64,000 nt of DNA from an uncultured Acidobacteriota bacterium. GTDB lineage: Bacteria > Acidobacteriota > Vicinamibacteria > Marinacidobacterales > SMYC01. Of the stretch, positions 1 to 8,768 are shown one piece after another (the stretch's first letter is position 1; each line of letters begins with the position of its first letter). The translations under genes were made by a program, and so were the position numbers. The notes beneath the pieces are model-generated. The model was not told the origin of the DNA and ran no database searches. It worked only from the letters and a program-made list of their open reading frames with translations. The stretch lies in NCBI GenBank assembly GCA_964553925.1, contig CAZKNR010000128.1, positions 2,017 to 66,016 of the forward strand, written 5' to 3'.

Positions 1-1256
1 CCGAGCTTCACGTCGTTGCGCACCAGGCGGTCCGGCGGGATCAAGGGATGACCGAGACCCTCCGCCTCGAAGAGCGCCTTCTCCGCGTTCTCCTCGGGCG
101 TCGTGGGGAAGACGTCCTCGGGGTTCTCGAAGCCGTAGCTCGCGAGTGCGAGGAGCGCGTCGAGCTCGCCCACCGCCTCGAGCCACCGCGAAACCTGAGG
201 TCCCGAGACGCGCCGCCAGGCCTCGATGGCGAACGCGAACTGCGTTCCCCAGAGAAGGAGGGCGGCGATCGGAGCGAAGAGCTGATTTCTCCGGGCGTCG
301 AGATACTCGATGAGACGCGCGAGACGCCGGATTCTTGCCGATGCCCCGTCGTCGTCGGACCGGAGCCGGCTCTGAAGCGAGAGCAAGTGATTCGAGACGA
401 AGCTCTGGCTCTCGAGAACGCCGAGGAGGGAGGCGAGAATGGCGAGATCCCGGGCGGGAGCCTCGGCGGCGGAGAGGACGGCGCTCGTTCGAGGACGAAA
501 GAAGAGTGCGAAGGAGGCGCTCACTGCGACAGACGCGAGAAACACCGCGCGGTCCACCCGGGAGGCAAGCCACAAGATCGCGAGCGCCGTGGTCGCGGCG
601 CCGAGGGCGAACGCCGTCCACCTAAGGGCGGCCGATGCGAGGAGAAGCGGCCCACCTGCCCACCTCTCCAGGGCCTCGGGATCGGAAATCTCGTCCTCTT
701 CCGCGGGCTCCGACGCGACTCTCTCTCGAAGGTCGGCGAGCGGCCGCAGCTCGGAGACGGCCTCCTGCCGCAGACGAACCTCCTCGAGAGTCGCGGGGGC
801 TTTCAGCCAGGAGGCGAGGGTCTTCGTTCCCCAGGGGCTCACCGTGATATCGAGAAGCTCGAAGAGCGAGCCCTTGCCGAAGAGGTCGAGATCCCGCGCG
901 TAAGGATGGTCCCGATCGAAGAACCGCTCGCCCGTCCTTCCCTTCCCCTGCCAGGTCCCTTCGAGCCTTTCGATCCCCCGGAGGTAGAAACGCTCGGCGC
1001 GCTCGGCGCGCGTCAGAGCGTCGTGGAGGCGCAGGTGAACGGCAAGAAGCGCTCCGAAGAGAACCACGGGCACGAGGAGAACGGGCCAGCTCGAAGGCGT
1101 ACGCTCCCAGACGAACCACAGCAGGGCGACGAAGGCGACGACCGCCGCGAGCCGGGCGTACGAGACGAGAGCCACCTTTCGTTTGCGCAGGGCTCTTTCG
1201 CGCTCGCGCTCTAGATGCCTCTCCCGGTACAGGGCGAGGACCTCGGATCGGCTCAT
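1..1256 (-). CDS. MutS-related ATPase (MutS-like core/clamp region, membrane-anchored N-terminus); N-terminal part only, runs off the left edge
   Basis: Not in the ORF track because there is no stop in the window. Hand translation from ATG 1256-1254 gives MSRSEVLALYRERHLE..., then two hydrophobic segments, then DRDHPYARDLDLFGKGSLFELLDITVSPWGTKTLASWL...EVRLRQEAVSEL. This is typical of MutS-family proteins. It ends with GLGHPLIPPDRLVRNDV, just before the expected Walker A. The ATG overlaps the ruvA stop (TGATG). Listed + ORF 48..1214 is its antisense shadow. Confidence 0.65.
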   Translation of the reverse strand, partial: MSRSEVLALYRERHLERERERALRKRKVALVSYARLAAVVAFVALLWFVWERTPSSWPVLLVPVVLFGALLAVHLRLHDALTRAERAERFYLRGIERLEGTWQGKGRTGERFFDRDHPYARDLDLFGKGSLFELLDITVSPWGTKTLASWLKAPATLEEVRLRQEAVSELRPLADLRERVASEPAEEDEISDPEALERWAGGPLLLASAALRWTAFALGAATTALAILWLASRVDRAVFLASVAVSASFALFFRPRTSAVLSAAEAPARDLAILASLLGVLESQSFVSNHLLSLQSRLRSDDDGASARIRRLARLIEYLDARRNQLFAPIAALLLWGTQFAFAIEAWRRVSGPQVSRWLEAVGELDALLALASYGFENPEDVFPTTPEENAEKALFEAEGLGHPLIPPDRLVRNDVKL

Positions 1257-1861
1257 CACCCGGAGAGCTTCCGCAGCACCCGTTTCAGCGCTCCTTCGAA
1301 AGAGATCTCCGGCTCTTCGCGGAGCGCCGCCTCGACGCTCTTCTCCGCCGAGGGTCGCGGGAACCCGAGGTTCGCGAGCGCCGAGAGCACGTCTTCCCGG
1401 AGCGCTTCGGCGCGGCTCAGCGGAGCTTTGGAAGCATCCTCCGACCCGACGGGACCGAGCTCGGCCATCTTGTCGCGGAGCTCGACCACGAGTCTTTCCG
1501 CGGTCTTTTTCCCGACACCGGGGATCGAGCTCAAGCGCCTCAGGTCGGACGAGCGTATCGCATCGACCAGCGCTTTCGGCTCGAGACCCGACATGACCTT
1601 CAGCGCGAGGGCCGGGCCGACGCCGTTCACGCCGATCAGGCGCTGAAAAAGGCGCTCCTCGGTTACGCTCGCGAAGCCGTAAAGGGCGAGGACGTCTTCG
1701 CGCACGTGGGTGTACACGTGGAGCGACACCTCCGACCCTTCCTCGGGAAGCTCGTAATACGTGGACACGGGAATGAAGAGCTTGTAGCCCACGCCGTTAA
1801 CGAGCACCACGAGCTGGCTCGGCGACTTCCGGGTGAGGCGGCCTTCGAGGTAGGCGATCAA
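1256..1861 (-). CDS. ruvA: Holliday junction branch migration complex subunit RuvA
   Basis: MIAYLEGRL...VVLVNGVGYKLFIP; helix-hairpin-helix motifs LIGVNGVGPALALKV and IPGVGKKTAERLVVEL; 4-nt overlap with ruvC. Confidence 0.95.
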   Translation of the reverse strand: MIAYLEGRLTRKSPSQLVVLVNGVGYKLFIPVSTYYELPEEGSEVSLHVYTHVREDVLALYGFASVTEERLFQRLIGVNGVGPALALKVMSGLEPKALVDAIRSSDLRRLSSIPGVGKKTAERLVVELRDKMAELGPVGSEDASKAPLSRAEALREDVLSALANLGFPRPSAEKSVEAALREEPEISFEGALKRVLRKLSG

Positions 1862-2358
1862 AGCGCCTTCGACACTTTCTCGAGGTAGCGCATCCGGTGA
1901 GCGTGGCAGAGTGCCACCGCGAGCGCGTCGGCGACGTCGTTGGGCTCGGGCGGCTCCTTGAGCCCGAGGAGGAGCGCGACCATCTTCTGGACCTGCTGTT
2001 TGTCGGCGCGCCCGTAGCCCACCACCGCCTGCTTCACCTCGAGCGGCGAGTACTCGAAGACCGCGAGCCCCCGGGCGACCCCGGCGATGAGCGTCACCCC
2101 GCGCACGTGGCCGAGCCTCAAGGCGCTCTTCACGTTCGTGGCGTAAAACAGGTCCTCCACCACCACTTCCCCGGGCCGGGTTCGATCGAGAACCTCGACG
2201 ATGCCCTGGTGGATGAAGTGGAGCTTCTCGGGGAAAGAAAAGCTCGCGGGTGTTTTGATGACGCCGTACTCGACCACCGAATGCCGATGGCCGTCGGAAT
2301 CGATGGCACCGAAGCCCGTTGCCTGAGTGCCTGGGTCGATCCCGAGGATTCGCACCAC
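1858..2358 (-). CDS. ruvC: Crossover junction endodeoxyribonuclease RuvC
   Basis: MVRILGIDPGTQATGFG..., VVVEDLFY, VKQAVVGYGRADKQQV, DVADALAVALCH. Sits between yebC and ruvA. Confidence 0.95.
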   Translation of the reverse strand: MVRILGIDPGTQATGFGAIDSDGHRHSVVEYGVIKTPASFSFPEKLHFIHQGIVEVLDRTRPGEVVVEDLFYATNVKSALRLGHVRGVTLIAGVARGLAVFEYSPLEVKQAVVGYGRADKQQVQKMVALLLGLKEPPEPNDVADALAVALCHAHRMRYLEKVSKAL

Positions 2359-2359
2359 G

Positions 2360-3112
2360 TCACTTCGACATCGCTGCTTCGATCTCTTTTTCCTCGATGT
2401 CGAAGTTCGCCCAGACGTGCGTCAGGTCGTCGTGCTCCTCGAGGGCCTCCATGAGCTTCAGCATCTGCAGCGCCTGCTTGCCCTCGAGCTTCACGCTGGT
2501 CTGCGGGATCATTCCCAGCTCTTCCATCGCGATCGGAATCCCCTTGGCTTTGAGGGCGTCGCGAACGGCGGGGAACGCCTCGGGCGGGGTGAAGATCTCC
2601 CAGTTGCTCTCGTCTTCCTTGACGTCCTCGCCTCCGGCCTCGAGAACGATCTCGAGGAGCGTCTCCTCGGGGGCGTCCTTGCGCTCGACGACGATGTAGC
2701 CCTTCTTGTGGAACATCCATCCCACCGAGCCGGCTTCACCGAGGTTGCCTCCGTACTTGGCGAACGAATGACGGACCTCGCCCACCGTGCGGTTGCGGTT
2801 GTCGGTCGTCGCTTCGATGAAGACCGCGACTCCGCCAGGGCCGTAACCCTCGTAGCTCACCTCTTCCAGGTTGAAGCCTTCGAGCTCCCCCGTCCCTTTC
2901 TTGATGGCGCGCTCGATGTTGTCCTTGGGCATGTTCTCCGCCTTGGCCTTTTCGACGCCGAGGCGGAGGCGGGGGTTGAAGTTCACGTCACCGCCGCCGG
3001 TGCGGGCGGCGACGGTGATTTCCTTGATGATCTGGGTGAAGGCCTTGCCTCGCTTGGAGTCGATGGCGGCCTTCTTGTGCTTGATCGAATGCCACTTGGA
3101 ATGTCCGGACAT
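2360..3112 (-). CDS. yebC: YebC/PmpR family DNA-binding transcriptional regulator
   Basis: [25 protein letters not shown]...[14 protein letters not shown]; classic yebC-ruvC-ruvA order. Confidence 0.95.
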   Translation of the reverse strand: MSGHSKWHSIKHKKAAIDSKRGKAFTQIIKEITVAARTGGGDVNFNPRLRLGVEKAKAENMPKDNIERAIKKGTGELEGFNLEEVSYEGYGPGGVAVFIEATTDNRNRTVGEVRHSFAKYGGNLGEAGSVGWMFHKKGYIVVERKDAPEETLLEIVLEAGGEDVKEDESNWEIFTPPEAFPAVRDALKAKGIPIAMEELGMIPQTSVKLEGKQALQMLKLMEALEEHDDLTHVWANFDIEEKEIEAAMSK

Positions 3113-3182
3113 GGCGAAAATCCTAGCATGAGCGGAGGAATCCCTCCAGTGTGACGTCTGGACCTCGGGCTCTCAGGGCGCG

Positions 3183-4703
3183 TCAGTCCGCGCCCAGATG
3201 AAGACGGCGCTTTTGGGCGGGGAATGCCTCGTCGGCGCTTCTCTCGGGCGTAAGAAGAGAGACGGCTATGCCCACGACGAACGCGAGCGGGATGGTCACG
3301 AGCCCCGGGTTCCGAAGGGGGAAGTACGCCTCCTCGCGGCCGAGGACGCTCACCTGGATGGTAGGCGAGAGGTAGATCAGGACCAGCGCCGAGAGCGTTC
3401 CGGCGATCATGCTCGCCTGAGCGCCACGGGTAGTGAACGGCCGCCAGAAGATGGAGAGGACCAGCGCGGGGAAGTTGGCGCTCGCGGCGATGGCGAAGGC
3501 GAGGCCCACCATATAGGCGACGTTTTGCCCTTTGAACACCACGCCGAGGACGATGGCAAGGGCGCCGAGAAGGACCGTCGCGAGGCGCGCCACGACGAGC
3601 TGCTCGCGCTCGGGCGCCTCTCCCCGGCGCACCACGTTCACCCAGAGATCGTGCGAGAGCGCGGCCGCTCCCGAAAGCGTGAGGCCCGCCACCACCGCGA
3701 GGATGGTCGCGAACGCGACGGCGGAGATGAACCCGAGAAAGCCCCTTCCCCCGACCGCGGCCGCGAGAAGCGGCGCCGCCATGTTCCCGCCGGGGTCCGC
3801 CGCCCGGACCGCGTCTTGTCCCACGAGGACCATGGCCCCGAAGCCGAGAATGAACGTGAGCAGATAGAAAAAGCCGATGAAGGCGGTGGCGTAGCTGACG
3901 GAAGTTCTCGCCGTGCGGGCGTCGGGCACGGTATAGAAGCGCATGAGAATGTGCGGGAGCCCCGCGGTTCCGAGCATCAGCGCGAGGCCGAGAGAGATCG
4001 CATCGATAGGGTCGGAGACGAGCTGACCCGGGGCGAGGACGGCCTCGCCGTAGCGCTCCGCCGCGGCGGCGAAAAGCAGAAGCGGATTGAGTGAGAATCG
4101 CAGGAGTACCATGAGCGCCAGAAGAAAGGCGCCTCCCAGGAGGAGAACCGCTTTCACGATCTGGACCCAGGTCGTCGCGATCATCCCTCCGAAGAGCACG
4201 TAGAGAAGCATCACTCCGCCGGTGATGACCACCGCGACCTCGTAGGACAAGCCGAACAGAAGCCGAATCAGATTCCCCGCCCCCACCATCTGAGCGATGA
4301 GGTAGAAGGAAACGACGGAGAGGGTCCCGAAGGCCGCGGCGATTCGCACCGGGCGCTGCGAGAGCCGGTAGGCCACGACGTCGGCGAACGTGTACTTGCC
4401 GAGGTTCCGGAGGGGCTCGGCGATGAGGAACATCACGATGGGCCAGCCCACGAGAAATCCGATGGAGTAGATGAGGCCGTCGAACCCGGAGAGGGCGACG
4501 AGTCCGGCGATGCCGAGAAAGCTCGCGGCGCTCATGTAGTCCCCGGCGAGCGCGAGCCCGTTCTGAAGTCCGGTGACGCTTCGCCCCGCCGCGTAGAAGT
4601 GCTCCGCCGTCCGGGTCTTCCGCGCCGCCCAGTAGGTGATGCCGAGGGTGAGACCGATGAAAGCGAAGAAGAACCCGATGGCCACGGGATCGACCCCGCC
4701 CAT
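3183..4703 (-). CDS. actP: Cation/acetate symporter (sodium:solute symporter family)
   Basis: Multi-TM protein with [33 protein letters not shown] and [12 protein letters not shown] motifs. I moved the start to ATG 4703 ([13 protein letters not shown]...). The first 78 codons of the listed ORF are Arg/Asp-rich and overlap the DUF485 gene. TGATG overlap with that gene. Confidence 0.85.
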   Translation of the reverse strand: MGGVDPVAIGFFFAFIGLTLGITYWAARKTRTAEHFYAAGRSVTGLQNGLALAGDYMSAASFLGIAGLVALSGFDGLIYSIGFLVGWPIVMFLIAEPLRNLGKYTFADVVAYRLSQRPVRIAAAFGTLSVVSFYLIAQMVGAGNLIRLLFGLSYEVAVVITGGVMLLYVLFGGMIATTWVQIVKAVLLLGGAFLLALMVLLRFSLNPLLLFAAAAERYGEAVLAPGQLVSDPIDAISLGLALMLGTAGLPHILMRFYTVPDARTARTSVSYATAFIGFFYLLTFILGFGAMVLVGQDAVRAADPGGNMAAPLLAAAVGGRGFLGFISAVAFATILAVVAGLTLSGAAALSHDLWVNVVRRGEAPEREQLVVARLATVLLGALAIVLGVVFKGQNVAYMVGLAFAIAASANFPALVLSIFWRPFTTRGAQASMIAGTLSALVLIYLSPTIQVSVLGREEAYFPLRNPGLVTIPLAFVVGIAVSLLTPERSADEAFPAQKRRLHLGAD

Positions 4704-4990
4704 CAATCCTGTCCTCGAAGAGAGCTCACGGTGCGATCGTAGTGACCGTTGGCCCAGCGAACGTAAATCCAGATGAAGATCCAGGCGGAGACGATCACGA
4801 GCGCCCCCAGAAGGATCCCGAGGCTCAGGCCGGGAACGACTATCGTCCCGAGAAGGGGCTTCGCGAAGGCCACCAGAAGGATGAAGCTGAAGTAAACCGC
4901 CATCATCGCCGCGGTGAGCGTCAGAGCGAGCCGCCATTGGGCGGAGGCGAGGTCCGAGAGCGCGGTCTTATGGTCTTTCATGAGAGGCAT
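4703..4990 (-). CDS. DUF485 (YjcH-like) small inner-membrane protein
   Basis: Two-TM protein of about 95 aa (…[24 protein letters not shown]…[21 protein letters not shown]) immediately upstream of and overlapping actP, the conserved yjcH-actP pairing. Start taken at MPLMKDHK (4990); ATG 4981 is also possible. No SD seen. Confidence 0.75.
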   Translation of the reverse strand: MPLMKDHKTALSDLASAQWRLALTLTAAMMAVYFSFILLVAFAKPLLGTIVVPGLSLGILLGALVIVSAWIFIWIYVRWANGHYDRTVSSLRGQD

Positions 4991-5001
4991 GAGAGGGGAG
5001 T

Positions 5002-5838
5002 TCAGTCGTCGAAGACGAACGTCGGCTCCTGGTAGTAGCGCACCTTGTGCTCGGAGACCTTGTGCCGCATCTCCTCCACGAGCCACCGCCGCTTCTCTTC
5101 GAGCGGGAGGTTCGACTTCAGGAGGGGCAGCCGAAGGTTGAATCCGAGCACACGGCGGGGAACGAGGATGCGGGTGACCCCTGATGGAAGGAGATGGCCT
5201 CCCTCGGCGACCGCGCGCACGTCGGACTTGGCGAAATCGGGGAACGAGACCAGGGCTCCGAAGTGGGGATGGTGCTGCCGCAGCGCGGCCACGTCCGAAT
5301 GGTTCACCCGGTCCATGCGCGCTTCCCCGCGGTAGTAGACGCCGACCACGGCATGGAGGTTCTCGACGCGGGCGGCGAGGCTCCCCCGATCGTAGAGATG
5401 AAGGGATCGATCCTCCGCCGTGGTGACCGTCGCGAGGAATCCCTCTTGGTTCGCGGAATCCTCGGGGCGGCCCTCTCTCACGGACACGCCGGGAATCTCC
5501 CGCGCCTTCAACAGGAGCTCCCGCGCCTCGATGTCACGGACCACGTGGTTCCAGTGCCGGACTTCGAGATTCTCGTTCTCGAAGGGCTCGACCTGAACGA
5601 TCAAGTGGGGGATGTCGAGGTTCTGTACGGCGGAGACCCGATTGGCCCCGTCGAGGAGAAGGAACCGGTCGCTTCCCGGGAGGCTCGCGACGATGGGAGG
5701 GTTCTTCAGGATCCCGTCGGCGGAGAGGCGGTCGATGAGGCGGGTCACCCTCTCGAGGTCGACCCTCTCGTGCAGGAGGAGGTCGGCCACGGGAACGATC
5801 CTGAGATCGGGAAAACCCCCGGACGGCTCGGTCATCAC
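5002..5838 (-). CDS. ParB/Srx-fold (ParB N-terminal-like) domain protein with an uncharacterised C-terminal half
   Basis: N-terminal IVPVADLLLHERVD...KNPPIVASLPGSDRFLLLDGANRVSAV resembles the ParB-N/DGxxR box, with N in place of the usual H. The C-terminal ~150 aa are not recognisable. GTG 5838 / ATG 5835 overlaps the stop of the upstream xre gene. Confidence 0.5.
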   Translation of the reverse strand: MMTEPSGGFPDLRIVPVADLLLHERVDLERVTRLIDRLSADGILKNPPIVASLPGSDRFLLLDGANRVSAVQNLDIPHLIVQVEPFENENLEVRHWNHVVRDIEARELLLKAREIPGVSVREGRPEDSANQEGFLATVTTAEDRSLHLYDRGSLAARVENLHAVVGVYYRGEARMDRVNHSDVAALRQHHPHFGALVSFPDFAKSDVRAVAEGGHLLPSGVTRILVPRRVLGFNLRLPLLKSNLPLEEKRRWLVEEMRHKVSEHKVRYYQEPTFVFDD

Positions 5839-6197
5839 TGATTACTGACTAGTGTTTTGCGCCGGCGGGTCTTTCGCCGCGCGGCATCGACCAGCTCGTC
5901 GATCGCCTCCTGCGGCAAGCCGTCTATCGCCCGGAGAATCTCGGCCGCCTGGCGGGGCTGGCGGTAGATGATTCGTCTCAGATCGCTCCCGACCCGTCCG
6001 GCGAGAGCGAGGAACTCGTCGGGATCCTGATCGAGGGCCCTCGCGATCCGCACCACTTTGGATTCGGCGGGAGGCGGAAAGACGTCACGCTCGATGGGTG
6101 CGAGGTACGTAGGGCTCATCCCGACGCTTCTCGCGAACTTTGCGATGCTGATGTTTTTCTCTTCACGGAGCTTCCGGAGCATCCTTCCGAACTTCAT
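5835..6197 (-). CDS. XRE-family helix-turn-helix transcriptional regulator
   Basis: MKFGRMLRKLREEKNISIAKFARSVGMSPTYLAPIERD is a typical HTH_3 motif. Start moved to ATG 6197; the upstream 40 codons of the listed ORF are Arg-rich and unlike protein. Confidence 0.7.
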   Translation of the reverse strand: MKFGRMLRKLREEKNISIAKFARSVGMSPTYLAPIERDVFPPPAESKVVRIARALDQDPDEFLALAGRVGSDLRRIIYRQPRQAAEILRAIDGLPQEAIDELVDAARRKTRRRKTLVSNQ

Positions 6198-6392
6198 CAC
6201 CGCGGCCTCCCTCCGGCGCCGGGAGACACGGTCGAGACGTTCCCGACGGCGGGACGGCGAAACCGGCTTCTCGGCGGCGCCATGAATGATTCGCTCTCTG
6301 GGAAGAGCAGGGCGCAAACGACGCGGAGCGGATTCTATTGAAGGCGGGCTCGGCCGGTCAAGAAGAGCCCTGCTCGAGTTTGCCGCGCGTCT

Positions 6393-7586
6393 CTACGGCT
6401 CCAACCAATCGGTAAGGTGGACCAGGGTCCCTCCCTCCGCCTTGCTCAGCTTGACGGCGTTCAAGCCCAGGTGGTTCTCCCCGTCGAAGTTGATCGGGTG
6501 AGACAGGAAGTTCTCGTCCCAATCGTGGATGGTCTCGAGCGACACGAGGAGCTTGAGGCGCGTGAGCTCTGGTCCCGAGCGCTTCAGCCCTTCGACGAGG
6601 ACCTCGGCGCGGGAGAGGCCCCAGAGGGCGTAGGTTCCGAAATGCAGGCCTTCGCCGTACTTCTCGATGATTGCCAGCGCCCGTACCGCTCCCGGCTCGC
6701 TCGAGTCCGGCTCGGGGATGCTCGAAGCGACGATCGCCCCTTCCCAGCCGGCGCCGGCGAGGTCGAACATCACGGGGTCCGCGAGAATCTGGCTTCCGAC
6801 GATCTGGGGCTTGTAGCCCTCGATGGCTCCCATGCCCTTCACCAGCGCCGCGGCGCCCTCGGCGATCGTCCAGACGAAGATCAATTCGACTCCGTCATCC
6901 TTGAACTTTTGGGCGGCGGCCGACAGATCGGAATCGCCCACCTTGTACGTTTGCGCGACCGCGATCTCCTTGCCGGTATTCCGCAGACCGAGGCGCAGGC
7001 CCTCCTGGCCCTCGCGGCCGAAGGCGTCGTCCTGGTAGAGGAGTCCGTACTTCGTGGCCGGGAGATTCTCGGAGGCGTACTTCGCGAGAATCCTTCCCTC
7101 GGTTACGTAGGACGGAAAGGTCGAGAACACGTACGCGTTCATCGGAGACGTCAGAGCCCGGGCGCCGGAGCCGGGATTGATCCACGGGAGGAACTCGTTC
7201 GCGATGTAATCCTTGACCGCGAGACAATTCGCGGTGCCGCTCCCGCCGAGGATCGCGAACACCTTCTCTACCTCCACCAGCTCCTTGGCCACCGCGGGAG
7301 TCTTCGACGGGTCGTACGCGTCGTCCTTCATGAGAAGGCGCAGCTTTCGTCCGTGGACTCCGCCCTCTTCTTCGTTCACGTAACGGAAGTAAGCTTCCAT
7401 CGCTTTGGCGATGCTCGACAGGTGGGATGCGGGCCCGGTCAAAGGCGCCCAAGTGCCGATTAGAATCTCGTCGTCCGTGACGCCGACTTCGGTGGCTCCG
7501 CAGGAGCCGAGCGCGAGAGCGGTGCTGATTGCGAGAATTAGCGAAGCCCAAGCTGGGCCGGTGGTGTTCTTTGGTTCCATTTTCAT
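6393..7586 (-). CDS. ABC-transporter substrate-binding lipoprotein (Leu/Ile/Val-binding, Peripla_BP_6-like); orphan, with no permease or ATPase nearby
   Basis: Signal peptide with lipobox-like ALALGSCG. Then ILIGTWAPLTGPAS, FRYVNEEEGGVHGRKLRLLMKDDAYDPSKT, FAILGGSGTAN. Start at MKMEPKN (7586). Confidence 0.8.
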   Translation of the reverse strand: MKMEPKNTTGPAWASLILAISTALALGSCGATEVGVTDDEILIGTWAPLTGPASHLSSIAKAMEAYFRYVNEEEGGVHGRKLRLLMKDDAYDPSKTPAVAKELVEVEKVFAILGGSGTANCLAVKDYIANEFLPWINPGSGARALTSPMNAYVFSTFPSYVTEGRILAKYASENLPATKYGLLYQDDAFGREGQEGLRLGLRNTGKEIAVAQTYKVGDSDLSAAAQKFKDDGVELIFVWTIAEGAAALVKGMGAIEGYKPQIVGSQILADPVMFDLAGAGWEGAIVASSIPEPDSSEPGAVRALAIIEKYGEGLHFGTYALWGLSRAEVLVEGLKRSGPELTRLKLLVSLETIHDWDENFLSHPINFDGENHLGLNAVKLSKAEGGTLVHLTDWLEP

Positions 7587-7659
7587 ACCGATGGTTGCTG
7601 ATTGGATTCTGGCGAGGCCCCGATGGGACCTTCCGAAGCGAGCCATCCTAGCACGACAA

Positions 7660-7668
7660 TGATATAAT
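7660..7668 (+). promoter_or_regulatory. Extended -10 promoter element (TGATATAAT)
   Basis: TGnTATAAT match lying 46 nt upstream of ATG 7715; an AAGAGGA SD lies 7 nt before that ATG. Confidence 0.4.
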
Positions 7669-7714
7669 CTTCTCGATTTCCCACAGTTTCACCGAACATA
7701 AGAGGAACTCGACC

Positions 7715-7909
7715 ATGAGCGACGACTTGGAAGTCGAAGACGACATCTTCCTCGAGGAAGGGGTGCTCTACTGCAGCTGCGGAGCACCCATCGAAGCCGA
7801 TGATGCCTCCGGGATGATCGAGCGCGCGTCCGGGCGCGAGTTCGTGACTTGCCCTCAGTGCGACATGAAACACTTCGCCGAGAGCGGCCGCTTCCGGCTC
7901 GACGAATAG
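7715..7909 (+). CDS. Small acidic zinc-ribbon-like protein (CSC...CPQC)
   Basis: 64-aa ORF with good SD (AAGAGGA) and an upstream extended -10. Cys pairs YCSCG and TCPQCD. Confidence 0.5.
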   Translation: MSDDLEVEDDIFLEEGVLYCSCGAPIEADDASGMIERASGREFVTCPQCDMKHFAESGRFRLDE

Positions 7910-7929
7910 AGGGCGGTCCGACGGAGGCG

Positions 7930-7961
7930 GGAGCGCCTCGGTTGCACTCGAGACGCTCCCC
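7930..7961. terminator. Strong hairpin between convergent genes (possible bidirectional terminator, no U-tract)
   Basis: GGGAGCGCCTCG-gttgcact-CGAGACGCTCCC; 12-bp stem with one mismatch. Confidence 0.3.
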
Positions 7962-8040
7962 GTCTGGGCCCGACGTAGCGCCGGTCAGCCAAGCGGAAAC
8001 CAGTAAACGACGGGCTCGGCTTGAGGGAGCCTCCGGAAGA

Positions 8041-8409
8041 CTAGTACGCGGACTCGAACTCGTCGTCGTTATCGTCGGCGAGACCGCCCTCGGGCTCTTC
8101 GAAGCCGCCCTCCGGAGCCGATTCACCGCCCCAAGAACCGCCCTCGCCACCCGTGGTTTCCCAAGGCGGCGTTGCCGGGGCGGCCGGAGCCGCAGGTTTT
8201 GGAGTGGTAGCGGCCTTCTTGGGCGCAGCCGGCTTGGCTTTCTTCGCGGACTTTGACTTTTTAGCCTTCGCCGTCTTCTTGGCCGCTTTCTTGGTGGCCT
8301 TTTTGGCGGCTTTCTTGCCGGCTTTCTTCGTCGCCTTGCGCTTCGAAGCCTTCTTCGTGGCCTTCCGGGCGGCCTTCTTTTTCGTGGTCTTTTTCTTTTT
8401 CTTTTTCAT
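8041..8409 (-). CDS. Histone H1-like lysine/alanine-rich nucleoid protein with acidic Gly/Glu C-terminal tail
   Basis: MKKKKKKTTKKKAARKATKKASKRKATKKAGKKAAKKATKKAAKK...PKPAAPAAPATPP, followed by WETTGGEGGSWGGESAPEGGFEEPEGGLADDNDDEFESAY. GGAGG SD lies upstream. Confidence 0.7.
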   Translation of the reverse strand: MKKKKKKTTKKKAARKATKKASKRKATKKAGKKAAKKATKKAAKKTAKAKKSKSAKKAKPAAPKKAATTPKPAAPAAPATPPWETTGGEGGSWGGESAPEGGFEEPEGGLADDNDDEFESAY

Positions 8410-8445
8410 TTGAGCTGCCTACCTCCATCGAGCGCCGAATCGCTT

Positions 8446-8465
8446 CCGTGACATTCCGTGACATT
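8446..8465. repeat. Perfect tandem 10-bp repeat (CCGTGACATT x2) in the leader/promoter of the H1-like gene
   Basis: Seen directly, 37-56 nt upstream of ATG 8409 on the minus strand. Candidate operator. Confidence 0.5.
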
Positions 8466-8768
8466 GGCTTTGGAACGGCATCCACTGACCCGCGGTCGAG
8501 AATAACATTGTCGCTTGTCAACGTCACCTCGGACCACCCGTGAGCCCCCGTTCGTTCTTCGCGTTCGCATTCGCCTCCGAACCCGGACCGGCGTCTCGAT
8601 CTGAACCTTCGATTTGTGAGAGTCTTGGCACGATGCATTCATCGAAGTGAGTTCGGGCGGGGATTCTAGTCGGCATTGCGTCGGGCTGTCAAAGGTGTTT
8701 CTAATAGCCGGGTGCGGCAAATCCGCGAACCCGGCGCGAGCGGAGAAAGAGATACGGAAAGAGCAAAC

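Noticed and set aside
48-1214. 388-aa + strand ORF at the left edge
   Set aside because: The Glu/Arg/Gly-rich low-complexity translation is typical of the antisense frame of high-GC genes. The opposite strand encodes a convincing MutS-like protein over the same span.
8200-8400. Short DNA-level periodic repeats (gccttcttgg/ggctttcttg...) that could be mistaken for a repeat array
   Set aside because: They are the coding consequence of the KKA(A/T)KK peptide repeats of the H1-like gene. They do not form a CRISPR-like repeat-spacer structure.
8626-8641. Sigma54-like TGGCACgatgcATTCA upstream of the prenyltransferase gene
   Set aside because: The -24 GG element fits, but the -12 element (TTGC) is not present at the correct spacing. 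Treated as a chance match.
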